From Crocinitomicaceae bacterium (lineage in GTDB: Bacteria > Bacteroidota > Bacteroidia > Flavobacteriales_D > Crocinitomicaceae): a DNA stretch of 64,000 nucleotides. The stretch is from positions 6,141 to 70,140 of the forward strand of contig JAQXCN010000030.1 of assembly GCA_029251865.1 (NCBI GenBank). Direction: 5' to 3'. Below the pieces are notes generated by a model that worked only from the letters and a program-made list of their open reading frames with translations, had not been told where the DNA came from and made no database searches. Shown here one piece after another: positions 47,015-56,430 of this stretch (positions are counted from its first letter, which is position 1; each line of letters begins with the position of its first letter). The position numbers and the translations under genes are program-made.

Positions 47015-49315
47015 ATGACTTTTCATAATTTCTTTTTGTTCAGAAGATTCAACTTATTATTATTCTTTTACTTTTTTACTTCTTTTATTGCTGATGCTCA
47101 AAATGAGATAGACCTTTCTATTCGCCAACGTGTATCGGATCTAATGTCTAAAATGACATTGGAAGAAAAAATAGGTCAAATGAATCAATACAATGGCTTT
47201 TGGAATGTAACTGGTCCCTCCCCTGCGGAAGGGAATGCAAAAGAAAAATATGACCATCTCGCAAAAGGCTGGGTTGGAAGTATGCTAAATGTAAGGGGCG
47301 CTGAGGAGGTAAGAGCTGTTCAAAAGGTTGCAGTCGAACAGTCAAGATTAGGCATTCCCTTGATCATCGGTTTTGACCTCATTCATGGCTATAAAACTAT
47401 AAGCCCGATCCCTCTTGCGGAATCTGCGAGTTGGGATTTAGATGCAATTAAAAATGCAGCATCCTTGGGGGCTAAAGAAGCCGCCGCAGCAGGTATCAAT
47501 TGGACTTTTGCGCCGATGGTTGACATTACAAGGGATGCCAGATGGGGACGTGTAATGGAGGGTGCTGGAGAGGATCCATATCTCGGTAGCCAAATCGCTT
47601 CTGCGCGTGTAAAAGGATTTCAAGGTTTAGACTTGTCGAGTCCAAATACGGTAGCTGCTTGCGCGAAACACTTTGCGGCATATGGATTTGCTGAAGCAGG
47701 ACGAGACTATAATACAGTGGATATTGGTGACAATACTTTACACAACATTGTTTTACCTCCATTCAAGGCAGCGACTGAGGCCGGAGTAAAAACTTTCATG
47801 AATTCATTTAATGACCTGAATGGTATTCCAGCAACAGCTGATAAGAACTTGCAACGAAATATTCTTAAGGGCGATTGGGGATTTGAAGGATTTATAGTTT
47901 CCGATTGGGGTTCTTTAAAGGAAATGATCGACCATGGTTATGCTGAGAACAACCATCATGCTGGCTCTTTAGGTTTGAATGCTGGTTCAGACATGGACAT
48001 GGAGTCATACATCTATTTAACAGAGCTTAAATCATTACTAAAAGAAGGGGAAGTTACAATGGCACAAATCAATGACGCAGTCCGTCGTATTTTGACTGTT
48101 AAATTTGAACTGGGACTCTTCGAAGATCCTTATAAGTACTGTGATGTTGAAAGAGAACAAAGTGTTATAGGCTCGAAAGAAATGAATGAAGGAGTGTTAG
48201 ATATGGCCCGAAAATCTATGGTGCTTCTTAAAAATGACAAAGGGATTTTACCTCTTAAGAAGCAAGCCCAAAAAATCGCCCTCATTGGACCTCTAGCAGC
48301 TGACAAGAATAGTCCACTCGGAAATTGGAGGATTGCGGCAGAAAATAATTCTGCAGTTTCAGTTCTTGAAGGATTACAGGCATACAAAGGCAATGTAATA
48401 ACACACGAACAAGGCGTAAAATTAGTGGAGGCCATACCTGCTTTTCATGAAGAGGTTCAAATAAACACAACGGACAAGTGTGGTTTTAAGGCGGCAATAA
48501 AGGCGGCAAAAAAAGCAGATGTAGTTGTAATGGTCCTTGGAGAGTACGGTTTTCAGTCTGGAGAAGGGCGAAGCCGAACAAAGTTAGGTTTACCGGGCTT
48601 TCAACAGGAGTTGTTAGAAGCTGTATATAAAGTGAATCCTAATATTGTTCTCGTATTAATGAATGGCCGTCCTTTGGTGTTAAATTGGGCGGAGGCTCAT
48701 CTGCCGGCTATTTTAGAAACTTGGCATTTAGGGACACAGAGTGGTAATGCTATTGCAGAGGTGCTTTATGGTGATTATAATCCAAGCGGGAAGCTTCCGA
48801 TGAGTTTCCCAAGAAGCGTTGGTCAATTGCCATTATACTATAATTACAAAAGTACAGGCCGCCCAGGAGCGGACGGTACAGATGCAGGTAGTGTTTTTTG
48901 GTCTCATTATGGGGACGAAAAAAACACACCACTATATCCTTTCGGATATGGGCTCAGTTATACCACTTTTGAGTATTCAAATATAAGGCTTAGCTCCAAC
49001 ACCTTGGATTTAGAATCAAGTATTACGGCTTCAGTAACCGTTTCTAATACGGGAAAAGTAAAAGGAAAAGAAGTTGTTCAAATGTATATTAAGGATCATT
49101 TTGCCAGCACAACAAGGCCTGTGAGAGAGCTCAAAGGTTTTGAGTTGCTTTCTATTGAACCAGGAGCATCGGTGGATGTTCAGTTTGAAATATCCAAAGA
49201 GGATTTGGAGTTTTATACCGAAAAAAAAATCTGGGAAGCTGAGCCAGGTGCATTCACTGTTTTTATTGGTACAAATTCCGCGACCAAAAGGTATGCAGCG
49301 TTTACTCTGCGATAG
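47015..49315 (+). CDS. glycoside hydrolase family 3 beta-glucosidase
   Basis: EEKIGQMNQ, the nucleophile region GFEGFIVSDWGS, and C-terminal FGYGLSYTTFEYS with an FnIII-like end. Confidence 0.93.
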   Translation: MTFHNFFLFRRFNLLLFFYFFTSFIADAQNEIDLSIRQRVSDLMSKMTLEEKIGQMNQYNGFWNVTGPSPAEGNAKEKYDHLAKGWVGSMLNVRGAEEVRAVQKVAVEQSRLGIPLIIGFDLIHGYKTISPIPLAESASWDLDAIKNAASLGAKEAAAAGINWTFAPMVDITRDARWGRVMEGAGEDPYLGSQIASARVKGFQGLDLSSPNTVAACAKHFAAYGFAEAGRDYNTVDIGDNTLHNIVLPPFKAATEAGVKTFMNSFNDLNGIPATADKNLQRNILKGDWGFEGFIVSDWGSLKEMIDHGYAENNHHAGSLGLNAGSDMDMESYIYLTELKSLLKEGEVTMAQINDAVRRILTVKFELGLFEDPYKYCDVEREQSVIGSKEMNEGVLDMARKSMVLLKNDKGILPLKKQAQKIALIGPLAADKNSPLGNWRIAAENNSAVSVLEGLQAYKGNVITHEQGVKLVEAIPAFHEEVQINTTDKCGFKAAIKAAKKADVVVMVLGEYGFQSGEGRSRTKLGLPGFQQELLEAVYKVNPNIVLVLMNGRPLVLNWAEAHLPAILETWHLGTQSGNAIAEVLYGDYNPSGKLPMSFPRSVGQLPLYYNYKSTGRPGADGTDAGSVFWSHYGDEKNTPLYPFGYGLSYTTFEYSNIRLSSNTLDLESSITASVTVSNTGKVKGKEVVQMYIKDHFASTTRPVRELKGFELLSIEPGASVDVQFEISKEDLEFYTEKKIWEAEPGAFTVFIGTNSATKRYAAFTLR

Positions 49316-49345
49316 GATTTTTTATCATTATCAACTTACAAGCCT

Positions 49346-49353
49346 TATCTTTG
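49346..49353 (+). promoter_or_regulatory. Bacteroidetes-type -7 box TATCTTTG
   Basis: Matches TAnnTTTG and ends 7 nt before the ATG at 49361. Confidence 0.4.
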
Positions 49354-49360
49354 TAACCTT

Positions 49361-49729
49361 ATGGATTACCAAATTGAATTGCGTTATCAAAAATTAGTTG
49401 CTCACCTGGAAAAATCTTTGGGACCAGATTTGGACGTTCATGCTTTGCTTTTCTTAATTGGAGTTAACGAATTGGGAATTGGACACAAAAGGTATAGCAA
49501 ACAAGAAAAAACAGACTTGATCCATGTAGCTATTTGTACTCTTTTGGTGCCTGCAGGTTATTACGAGTTTAAAGGACGAGATGAAGATGGATGGCCACAT
49601 TTTGAACTATTAAAAAACCTACCAGCTATAAATTCTAAGGATCAAGAGCATTTAATTAAAGAAGCGATGTTAGACTATTTTTTAGAACATCAATATTATG
49701 ATGAAATAAAAGACCTCGTCTCTGATTAA
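49361..49729 (+). CDS. hypothetical protein (122 aa)
   Basis: Clean ORF preceded by a promoter-like box. No motif was recognised. Confidence 0.5.
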   Translation: MDYQIELRYQKLVAHLEKSLGPDLDVHALLFLIGVNELGIGHKRYSKQEKTDLIHVAICTLLVPAGYYEFKGRDEDGWPHFELLKNLPAINSKDQEHLIKEAMLDYFLEHQYYDEIKDLVSD

Positions 49730-52098
49730 TTAATAATTAACACCTTTCCTACTTTTTGGTCTTTACCAACATTAGTCGCAGTCCAAATATAGTAGACTCC
49801 TGTTGCAACTCTTTGTCCATTAAGTGCTTGACAATTCCACACAACCGTACCCCCATTTGATGTTGTTCTGTACACCAAATTACCTGCAGCATCTGTAATT
49901 TTCACATCGCTATTATACCTGATGCCCTGAATCGTAACGGGCCCTGAATAATTTGGTCTTACTGGGTTAGGAAAGACATTGAATGTCTCATACGTTGGAT
50001 CCTCGTAGCTTGCATCAGAACGGTAAGAAACCAAACCATTATCAGTAATAATATAGAGCTCTCCAGAGTTTTGATCTAATTTTAAATCAAAGATATTATT
50101 TGAAACTAGAGGAGAATTTTCAGTAGTAAATTGTTCAAGAATTTCAGATCCGTCTGCACTGAGTAATAGAATACCTGCATTGGCTGTTGCAACCCATTTT
50201 CGATTTCCTCCATCGACTTCAATATCTGTAATATGAGTATTACCGAGTACATATTCTACATTTCCTTCAAAGGTTACTTTTACTCTTTGTACATCAAAAT
50301 CTCCTGCATTACCAGCAAATGTATTTGCTGCGTTGTATAGAATTGCAAAGCCTGCGTCCGTTCCTACCCATATTTCTCCATCAAAGTCAGCTGCTATTGC
50401 TGTTACATTTGGAGAAGGTAGATTTCCTGAATTTACACCGGTATATACATGTATATATTCATCGTCACTTTCGTCATCAATAGTATTTTTGTGGTTGTAT
50501 CCAAATAACCCATGCTCTTCGGAAGCAAACCAGATATTATCATTGAAGTCAACGATCATTTTCGTTGTATAGATATTTCTGGCGCTGGATCCACAATCGA
50601 AATTAAACCAGGATCCATCAGGACGTAAAACATTTAAAGGTCGTTCGGTATACCCATTTAACACCCATAAGTTGTTTTGTGCATCATAGCGAACACCTGA
50701 AGCTAAACTCCAGCCATTTTCAATCCCGGTAAATGCAAGTGTTGAATTAGAGTCATCAAAAACGGTTACAGAATCTCCTGTGAAAATGGTCAAGGGTTTT
50801 TCGGAGTATGAGGCGACAGCGTATTGTTCAGGGTTGTTCGGATTAACTGAAATATCAATAAAATCCCAAATATTATCATTTTGCCATTGTGGTACATTTG
50901 AAACATTCTTAAAGGACCAAGCCTCTTCTTTAAAAACATGGACACCATTCGTGCTAAAAGAGGGAAGCTTACCTAAAAGTCGGCCACTAGCGACTGCTAA
51001 TGTATTGTTTTGCCAGTCCATGGCGTAGAAATTATTATTGTAAGGGCCTACTATTGGGAAGGTTTTATATCCAATTCCAGAAGGGTAAAGGTAAAGCCCA
51101 TTGATTTGATCTGCAGACCAGACTCCCTCATTGGTTCTAATAGTACGAATAGGAGAAATCCAAATGTTAAAGTTATTTGAATTGTAGGATATTGGACCTG
51201 ACAAGTTACTATTGTAGATGTAGATCGCTCCCTCCATATTTACAGCAAATGTTGTGTCATCCAATATATTTATTGAATTAATTTCCAAAGAAAACGGCAC
51301 GTTTGTAAGCAGTGTAAAGCTGTTGTTGAAAAGATAAAATACACTATCTGAGCCATAAGTGTCGTCTTTGAGAAGGATAAATTGTTTATTGTCGAACAGT
51401 TCTATTTCACTGTAATAATTTTCTGTTTGAATCGGTACACGAAAATCCGTTTGCCATTGGCTAACATCAGGAAGAGCTGGATTTTCGATTAGTCCATATT
51501 TTAATCTGTCTGCTGTGAGTGCAAAGATTGTATCCGTAGCGAAGCTCAAGTCGAGAATCGGTTGGTTTCCATTTGTTGGATAATATGTGTCTTTAATTTC
51601 ATCCTTGTTCAGATCAAGCTTTGCAATACAAAAATCAGTAGCTACATAAACATAAGGGCCTTGTCGCTTAAAGCGATTTATTTTTTTTGAATTCGGAATT
51701 GATGCAAGCTTAATTGCGGGGATATTGTATATAGATGATGCGGTAATCTTGTCAATATTACCATTTGTGTAACCCACGAGGACGCATGCCTCGACAGAGT
51801 CATAATACAGACAAGAAATCTCGATATCAGACAGACCGTTCACCTCTGTAAGTAATTCTTCCTCTTCAGTATCTCGATTTAAAACGTGTAACCCATTTGT
51901 GTAGGCCGTAAATATTGTGTTTTCGGCTACGACTACATCTACAGCCTTACCTGAGGCAACATGGAGCCTCCATTGCCCCATACCTATTTGAGCCCAAAAA
52001 TAATTCCCAACAATCAGGGTAAGTACAAGCATAAATGTCTTCACACTGCAATAACGTCGGTTTGTTCCATATATTGAAGTTACAGGAATCATTTTCAT
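49726..52098 (-). CDS. beta-propeller repeat protein with T9SS C-terminal domain (PorZ-like)
   Basis: Two-component-regulator-propeller-like repeats (NGLHVLN, GLYLY, HGLFGY, GILLL, NGLVSY). The CTD reads FPNPVRPNYSGPVTIQGIRYNSDVKITDAAGNLVYRTTSNGGTVVWNCQALNGQRVATGVYYIW. I prefer the start at the ATG at 52098, which makes an ATGA overlap with the upstream stop. Confidence 0.55.
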   Translation of the reverse strand: MKMIPVTSIYGTNRRYCSVKTFMLVLTLIVGNYFWAQIGMGQWRLHVASGKAVDVVVAENTIFTAYTNGLHVLNRDTEEEELLTEVNGLSDIEISCLYYDSVEACVLVGYTNGNIDKITASSIYNIPAIKLASIPNSKKINRFKRQGPYVYVATDFCIAKLDLNKDEIKDTYYPTNGNQPILDLSFATDTIFALTADRLKYGLIENPALPDVSQWQTDFRVPIQTENYYSEIELFDNKQFILLKDDTYGSDSVFYLFNNSFTLLTNVPFSLEINSINILDDTTFAVNMEGAIYIYNSNLSGPISYNSNNFNIWISPIRTIRTNEGVWSADQINGLYLYPSGIGYKTFPIVGPYNNNFYAMDWQNNTLAVASGRLLGKLPSFSTNGVHVFKEEAWSFKNVSNVPQWQNDNIWDFIDISVNPNNPEQYAVASYSEKPLTIFTGDSVTVFDDSNSTLAFTGIENGWSLASGVRYDAQNNLWVLNGYTERPLNVLRPDGSWFNFDCGSSARNIYTTKMIVDFNDNIWFASEEHGLFGYNHKNTIDDESDDEYIHVYTGVNSGNLPSPNVTAIAADFDGEIWVGTDAGFAILYNAANTFAGNAGDFDVQRVKVTFEGNVEYVLGNTHITDIEVDGGNRKWVATANAGILLLSADGSEILEQFTTENSPLVSNNIFDLKLDQNSGELYIITDNGLVSYRSDASYEDPTYETFNVFPNPVRPNYSGPVTIQGIRYNSDVKITDAAGNLVYRTTSNGGTVVWNCQALNGQRVATGVYYIWTATNVGKDQKVGKVLIIN

Positions 52099-53558
52099 TT
52101 TTTTATGAGAATAAGCAGTGCTGGTGTTTTGGCAAAAACATTCCATTCGCCACTATTTAGTAGTCGATCAATTTCTTCTTGATAAGTAACCTCATTAAAG
52201 GGGTATTTGTTTTCTTCTGCAGTAAGTAAAGCAATACAGTTTGCGTCACCTTTATACGGATAGTGATAAATATAATCTCTAAAAGCAAGGTGTGGAGCGA
52301 GTGGTGCTTGTGCGCTCACTCTCAAGGAGTCTGGAATGGTAGCTAAAACTTGATGTACATTCTCTACATCGAAATTTCTACCCCAATGAATTGGGGCATA
52401 AAACCTTGTATTATCTTTTTTATAGTATTCGGAGGTCCTGTTCTCCATAAATTTAAATGTTGAAACGGCACAAATACCAACCATCACCGCTGTTAATTTG
52501 AGTTTCTTATTTTCTAACCCATTTAAAAAGGTATACAGCGCAATCACAATAATAGGAACAAATTCAATCGAATAATGATCGCTAATACCCCACCTAATAG
52601 GCAAGTCGTTGTACATTTTTTGAGCGAGAATTGGTACAATCATGATGAGGTACTCTGGATAAAAAACAAGTGCCCATCCTCCGGCTAAAATAATAGCTAA
52701 ATACGTTTCTGCTTTAATACCGTCATAATAGGGATCTCCGGAATGGTTTTCGAACAAGAGTTCAATAGCTCTTATTGGGTGTTTAATAATGTTAACAATG
52801 ACCTCCCCAAAGTTTCCACCCAGCGCGTTAAAGGAATGGTGTAGATATACGCCATCCGTATTTGAGAGCGATGGAATCACAACTTTTAGTATTAAAATAA
52901 AATAGAGAAACGCCCCAATCATCATAGCGCTGCTTATTTTAAGCCGTTTCCATTCTTTATTTATTAAATGTCTGAAGCTCAACCCTAAGCCAATAAAACC
53001 TGCCCAAAGGGCCATGTTTTCTTTTGAAATAAGAATTAAAACAAAAAAGAGAACGCTCTTCAGTAAAGCTTCTTTTTTATAATAATAAAGGAACCAAGGA
53101 ACAAACATCGCTGCAACGACATTGTCATGGTAGTCGAAGCTCAAAGCGGAATAGATCCCCCAGATACAGAAAAAATGAACAGTAGCAAGTGTAGCAAACC
53201 TTCTATGATCCGATATTAGAAAAACAAACTTATAGATGCCAATACCGCCAAACAGTATTGCGCTCCATTGAAAAATCAACATTGTATAACTTCCAAAAAC
53301 CCAATAGAAAGGTGAAATTAAAAGAGGGTATAATGAAAAGTGATCCGCCAAAACATTATCAAAGGAAGGCTGCATAATCATGCAATTATTCCAGCGGAAA
53401 TGTGCGTAGTCAAAAATAGCATTTTGATTAATGCCTAAATCCCAACCGTATGTTCTAAAGTTATAGTGATTTAGGAAACTCGTCGCAGCAAATATAGCTC
53501 CAAAGCATACCAACACAAGAATCAACCATTTGTGTTTTTCCGCGATGCTTTTAATCAT
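52095..53558 (-). CDS. DUF2079 family integral membrane protein (GT-C-like)
   Basis: About 12 TM helices. The N-terminal region reads NFRTYGWDLGINQNAIFDYAHFR...ADHFSLYPLLISPFYW. The ATG at 53558 overlaps the GT2 stop by 8 nt. Confidence 0.6.
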   Translation of the reverse strand: MIKSIAEKHKWLILVLVCFGAIFAATSFLNHYNFRTYGWDLGINQNAIFDYAHFRWNNCMIMQPSFDNVLADHFSLYPLLISPFYWVFGSYTMLIFQWSAILFGGIGIYKFVFLISDHRRFATLATVHFFCIWGIYSALSFDYHDNVVAAMFVPWFLYYYKKEALLKSVLFFVLILISKENMALWAGFIGLGLSFRHLINKEWKRLKISSAMMIGAFLYFILILKVVIPSLSNTDGVYLHHSFNALGGNFGEVIVNIIKHPIRAIELLFENHSGDPYYDGIKAETYLAIILAGGWALVFYPEYLIMIVPILAQKMYNDLPIRWGISDHYSIEFVPIIVIALYTFLNGLENKKLKLTAVMVGICAVSTFKFMENRTSEYYKKDNTRFYAPIHWGRNFDVENVHQVLATIPDSLRVSAQAPLAPHLAFRDYIYHYPYKGDANCIALLTAEENKYPFNEVTYQEEIDRLLNSGEWNVFAKTPALLILIKK

Positions 53559-54579
53559 TACTTGTATTTTTTTCAGAAATAATATAGTTCGGACGCCCTT
53601 TGCTTTGGGCAAAAACCTTACCTAAATATATCCCAATAATACCAATCATAATCAGTTGTATTCCACCAATTAAAAGTATGCTAGCTATGATAGATGTCCA
53701 GCCCGGTATCGCCTCATTCCCAAAGGCAAAAACGTAAATAGCATACAAACCATAAATAAATGCAAGTAGCGCAAAGAATACGCCAAAATAAATAGAAAAA
53801 TATAAGGGCTTTGCACTTAAAGAGGTGATTCCTGTAAGCGCAAATCGAATCATTTTTGAAAACGAGTATTTTGTTTCTCCAGCAAACCTTTCATTGGGAA
53901 CATAATCAATCGCCTCTTGGTGAAAGCCAAGCGATGGGATAATTCCGCGGATAAAAAGATTAGACTCTTTATAATTTCTTAGGGCTTGAATAACTTTTCG
54001 ATCAAGTAGCCTAAAATCAGCAACACCATCTTCGAGTTTTATTTGGCTCAAGGCATTAACCATTCGATAGAATAATTTAGAGGTAGTTCTTTTAAACCAC
54101 GGAAGCGAGCTATCCTTTCTTTTGGTGTAGACAACATCCGCGCCATTTTTCCAACGTTTTACCATCTCAGGAATGAGTTCAACAGGATGCTGAAGGTCCG
54201 CGTCTAAGGATATAACCCCATCCAACCTAGCATGATCTAACCCCGCTTTGAGAGCAGGTTGGTGTCCAAAGTTTCTTGAGAATGAAAGATATTTAACACG
54301 TGAATCTTCTTTTGCTAGATTCTTGATGAGTTCCAGCGATCTGTCATGACTTCCATCGTCAACAAATATAAATTCAACTTCATCAAGGCTGAGAGGAGAG
54401 ATTGTCTCGTTTAGCTTTGAATACATAAGGTCAATATTCCCTTCTTCATTGAAGGTTGGAATTACAACGCTAAGTGTATTTTTTATCAAAGGCTTTTTTT
54501 TCAAAGTTAAGTATAATAACCTTTTTATAATGTGCTTATATTTGCAATACTTAAAGAAGTAGTTTATGGAAGAACGCAT
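53551..54579 (-). CDS. family 2 glycosyltransferase, polyprenyl-phosphate type (GtrB/ArnC/DPM1-like) with two C-terminal TM helices
   Basis: LSVVIPTFNEEGNI, FVDDGSHD and ISLDADLQHP, followed by two C-terminal TM helices. The ATG at 54579 overlaps the divergent RidA start, so the true start may be the TTG at 54504. Confidence 0.85.
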   Translation of the reverse strand: MRSSINYFFKYCKYKHIIKRLLYLTLKKKPLIKNTLSVVIPTFNEEGNIDLMYSKLNETISPLSLDEVEFIFVDDGSHDRSLELIKNLAKEDSRVKYLSFSRNFGHQPALKAGLDHARLDGVISLDADLQHPVELIPEMVKRWKNGADVVYTKRKDSSLPWFKRTTSKLFYRMVNALSQIKLEDGVADFRLLDRKVIQALRNYKESNLFIRGIIPSLGFHQEAIDYVPNERFAGETKYSFSKMIRFALTGITSLSAKPLYFSIYFGVFFALLAFIYGLYAIYVFAFGNEAIPGWTSIIASILLIGGIQLIMIGIIGIYLGKVFAQSKGRPNYIISEKNTSND

Positions 54580-55000
54580 CTCAACTAATAAAGCACCGAA
54601 ACCCGTTGGGCTTTATCCACATGCTAGAAAAGCAGGAAACTTATTGTTTTTATCTGGAGTGGGGCCTAGAGTCGCAGGTTCTGATGCTACAGATTCAATG
54701 GTTCCAGGTCTTAAATTAGACCATAACGGGAATTTTTTAGAATTTGATTTTGAAGCGCAGTGCAGAAGTGTTTTTGATAATGTTAAAATTATACTTGAAG
54801 AATCAGGGTCTAGCTGGGATCAGCTTATTGATGTCACTGTTTTTTTGGTAAATATGAAAAGAGATTTTCAGGTATACAATAGAGTTTATGCTGAGTACTT
54901 CAAGGATAATTTGCCATGCCGAACTACAGTAGAAATTAATTCATTACCCACTCCAATTGCGATTGAGTTAAAATGTATTGCAACAACAAAAGAATTATGA
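54566..55000 (+). CDS. RidA family protein
   Basis: YjgF/RidA pattern: APKPVGLYPHARKAGNLLFLSG...PCRTTVEINSLPTPIAIELKCIA. Confidence 0.9.
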   Translation: MEERISTNKAPKPVGLYPHARKAGNLLFLSGVGPRVAGSDATDSMVPGLKLDHNGNFLEFDFEAQCRSVFDNVKIILEESGSSWDQLIDVTVFLVNMKRDFQVYNRVYAEYFKDNLPCRTTVEINSLPTPIAIELKCIATTKEL

Positions 55001-55575
55001 AAGGATTTATTTTACGTATTATTATCGCGCTGACCGCATTAGGATTTAATGTTTATTTATTTAGCACAGCCTGGGGCTGGGGGATTTCAATGTTATTTGT
55101 ATCCGCTTTCATCATACTTTCTTTCTTTAGAAATCCAAGTATGATTTTAGCTTTAAATCAAATGCGTGTTGGGAACCATGAAAAGGCATATAAATATATA
55201 AGCCGAATTAAAAGCCCTGAATTTTTACCTAGAAAACAGCATGCGTATGTAATTTTTCTTCAGGCTATTATGGGTGCCCAAACATTGGGCCCGGCTCAAA
55301 GCGAACCGAAGTTGAGGAAAGCTTTGGCTTTGGGATTAAGAACTCCTGAAGATAACGCTATGGCTCGAATGCACCTCGCAGGGGTTTGTGCTCAGTCCGG
55401 CCGAAGAAAAGAGGCGATGTCGTTACTTTCGGAGGCGAAAAAACTTGATAAGTCTGGAATGATGAAGGACCAAATTAAAACGATGCAACAGCAACTTCAA
55501 GCCGCGCCTTCAAAGAATCAAATGCGAATGGCTCAAATGATGGGCGGAAGAAAGAAGACGCCAAAGATGCGTTAA
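54997..55575 (+). CDS. hypothetical membrane protein with helical (TPR-like) C-domain
   Basis: Two N-terminal TM helices. The ATG at 54997 forms an ATGA overlap with the RidA stop. Confidence 0.5.
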   Translation: MKGFILRIIIALTALGFNVYLFSTAWGWGISMLFVSAFIILSFFRNPSMILALNQMRVGNHEKAYKYISRIKSPEFLPRKQHAYVIFLQAIMGAQTLGPAQSEPKLRKALALGLRTPEDNAMARMHLAGVCAQSGRRKEAMSLLSEAKKLDKSGMMKDQIKTMQQQLQAAPSKNQMRMAQMMGGRKKTPKMR

Positions 55576-55577
55576 CG

Positions 55578-56426
55578 ATGTCAGGAACTAAACATTTTAC
55601 AGAACCTTGGGACGACTACGAGCTCATTGATGCAGGTGGAGGCAAGAAACTCGAACGTTGGGGTGAAATCATAACAATACGCCCTGAGATGCAGGCTTAT
55701 TTTCATAGTGGTATTCCTTTTGATCAATGGAAAAAAATGGCCCATTGGGAGTTCACAGAAAAAAAGGCAAACAAAGGTGCATGGAAAGCACTTAAGAAAA
55801 ATAGTCCATCGACTTGGGACGTTAGTTATGGAAGACTGGTCTTTAAGCTTGAAATCACCAGCAATAAGCATTTAGGATTATTTCCAGAACAAAAGACGAA
55901 TTGGGAATTCATTGAAGATCATCTATCTAGCGAAGAAAAGTTTTTAAATCTTTTTGCTTACACAGGTGCTTCTTCATGTGTTGCGCGTCATCTTGGTTCT
56001 GATACGTATCATTTAGATTCAGTTAAACCGATCATTTCCTGGGCTAAACAAAACATGGAGAAAAGTCGCATCATGAATATTCGATGGGTACATGAAGATG
56101 CGCTTAAGTTTGTGAGTCGTGAGCAGAAAAGGGGTAATACCTACAAGGCGATTCAAATGGATCCACCAGCCTGGGGTCTTGGCGCAAAAGGCGAAAAGTG
56201 GAAGTTGGAGGATAAAATTGACGAATTATTAGCTGCTACTTCAGCAATTTTAGATAAAAATGGGTTTTTAATTCTCAATACCTATTCACCTTCTGTTGAT
56301 CAGGAGACATTGAAAGAATTGATGTCTATCTATTTTCACAACAGAACATCATTTGTTAAGAGTTTACATATGAAAACAACATCAGGAAAGCATCTTTATT
56401 TTGGTGAGCTTGCACGCGTGTATTAA
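55578..56426 (+). CDS. class I SAM-dependent methyltransferase (RlmI/YwbD-like catalytic domain)
   Basis: LNLFAYTGASS (motif I-like) and IQMDPPAWG (the DPP motif of RNA m5C/N-methylases). Confidence 0.7.
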   Translation: MSGTKHFTEPWDDYELIDAGGGKKLERWGEIITIRPEMQAYFHSGIPFDQWKKMAHWEFTEKKANKGAWKALKKNSPSTWDVSYGRLVFKLEITSNKHLGLFPEQKTNWEFIEDHLSSEEKFLNLFAYTGASSCVARHLGSDTYHLDSVKPIISWAKQNMEKSRIMNIRWVHEDALKFVSREQKRGNTYKAIQMDPPAWGLGAKGEKWKLEDKIDELLAATSAILDKNGFLILNTYSPSVDQETLKELMSIYFHNRTSFVKSLHMKTTSGKHLYFGELARVY

Positions 56427-56430
56427 TCTA

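Noticed and set aside
49221-49229. A9 homopolymer in the GH3 gene (also T9 at 2567-2575 in the Nudix gene and T8 near 13972) as possible phase-variation tracts
   Set aside because: The runs encode Lys stretches in an AT-rich genome and sit in housekeeping-type genes. There is no evidence of frameshifted copies.
54566-54579. 14-nt head-to-head overlap of the GT2 and RidA start codons
   Set aside because: It is more likely a start-codon assignment problem, since a TTG at 54504 gives (M)KKKPLIKNTLSVVIPTFNEE. I do not regard it as a genuine divergent overlap.
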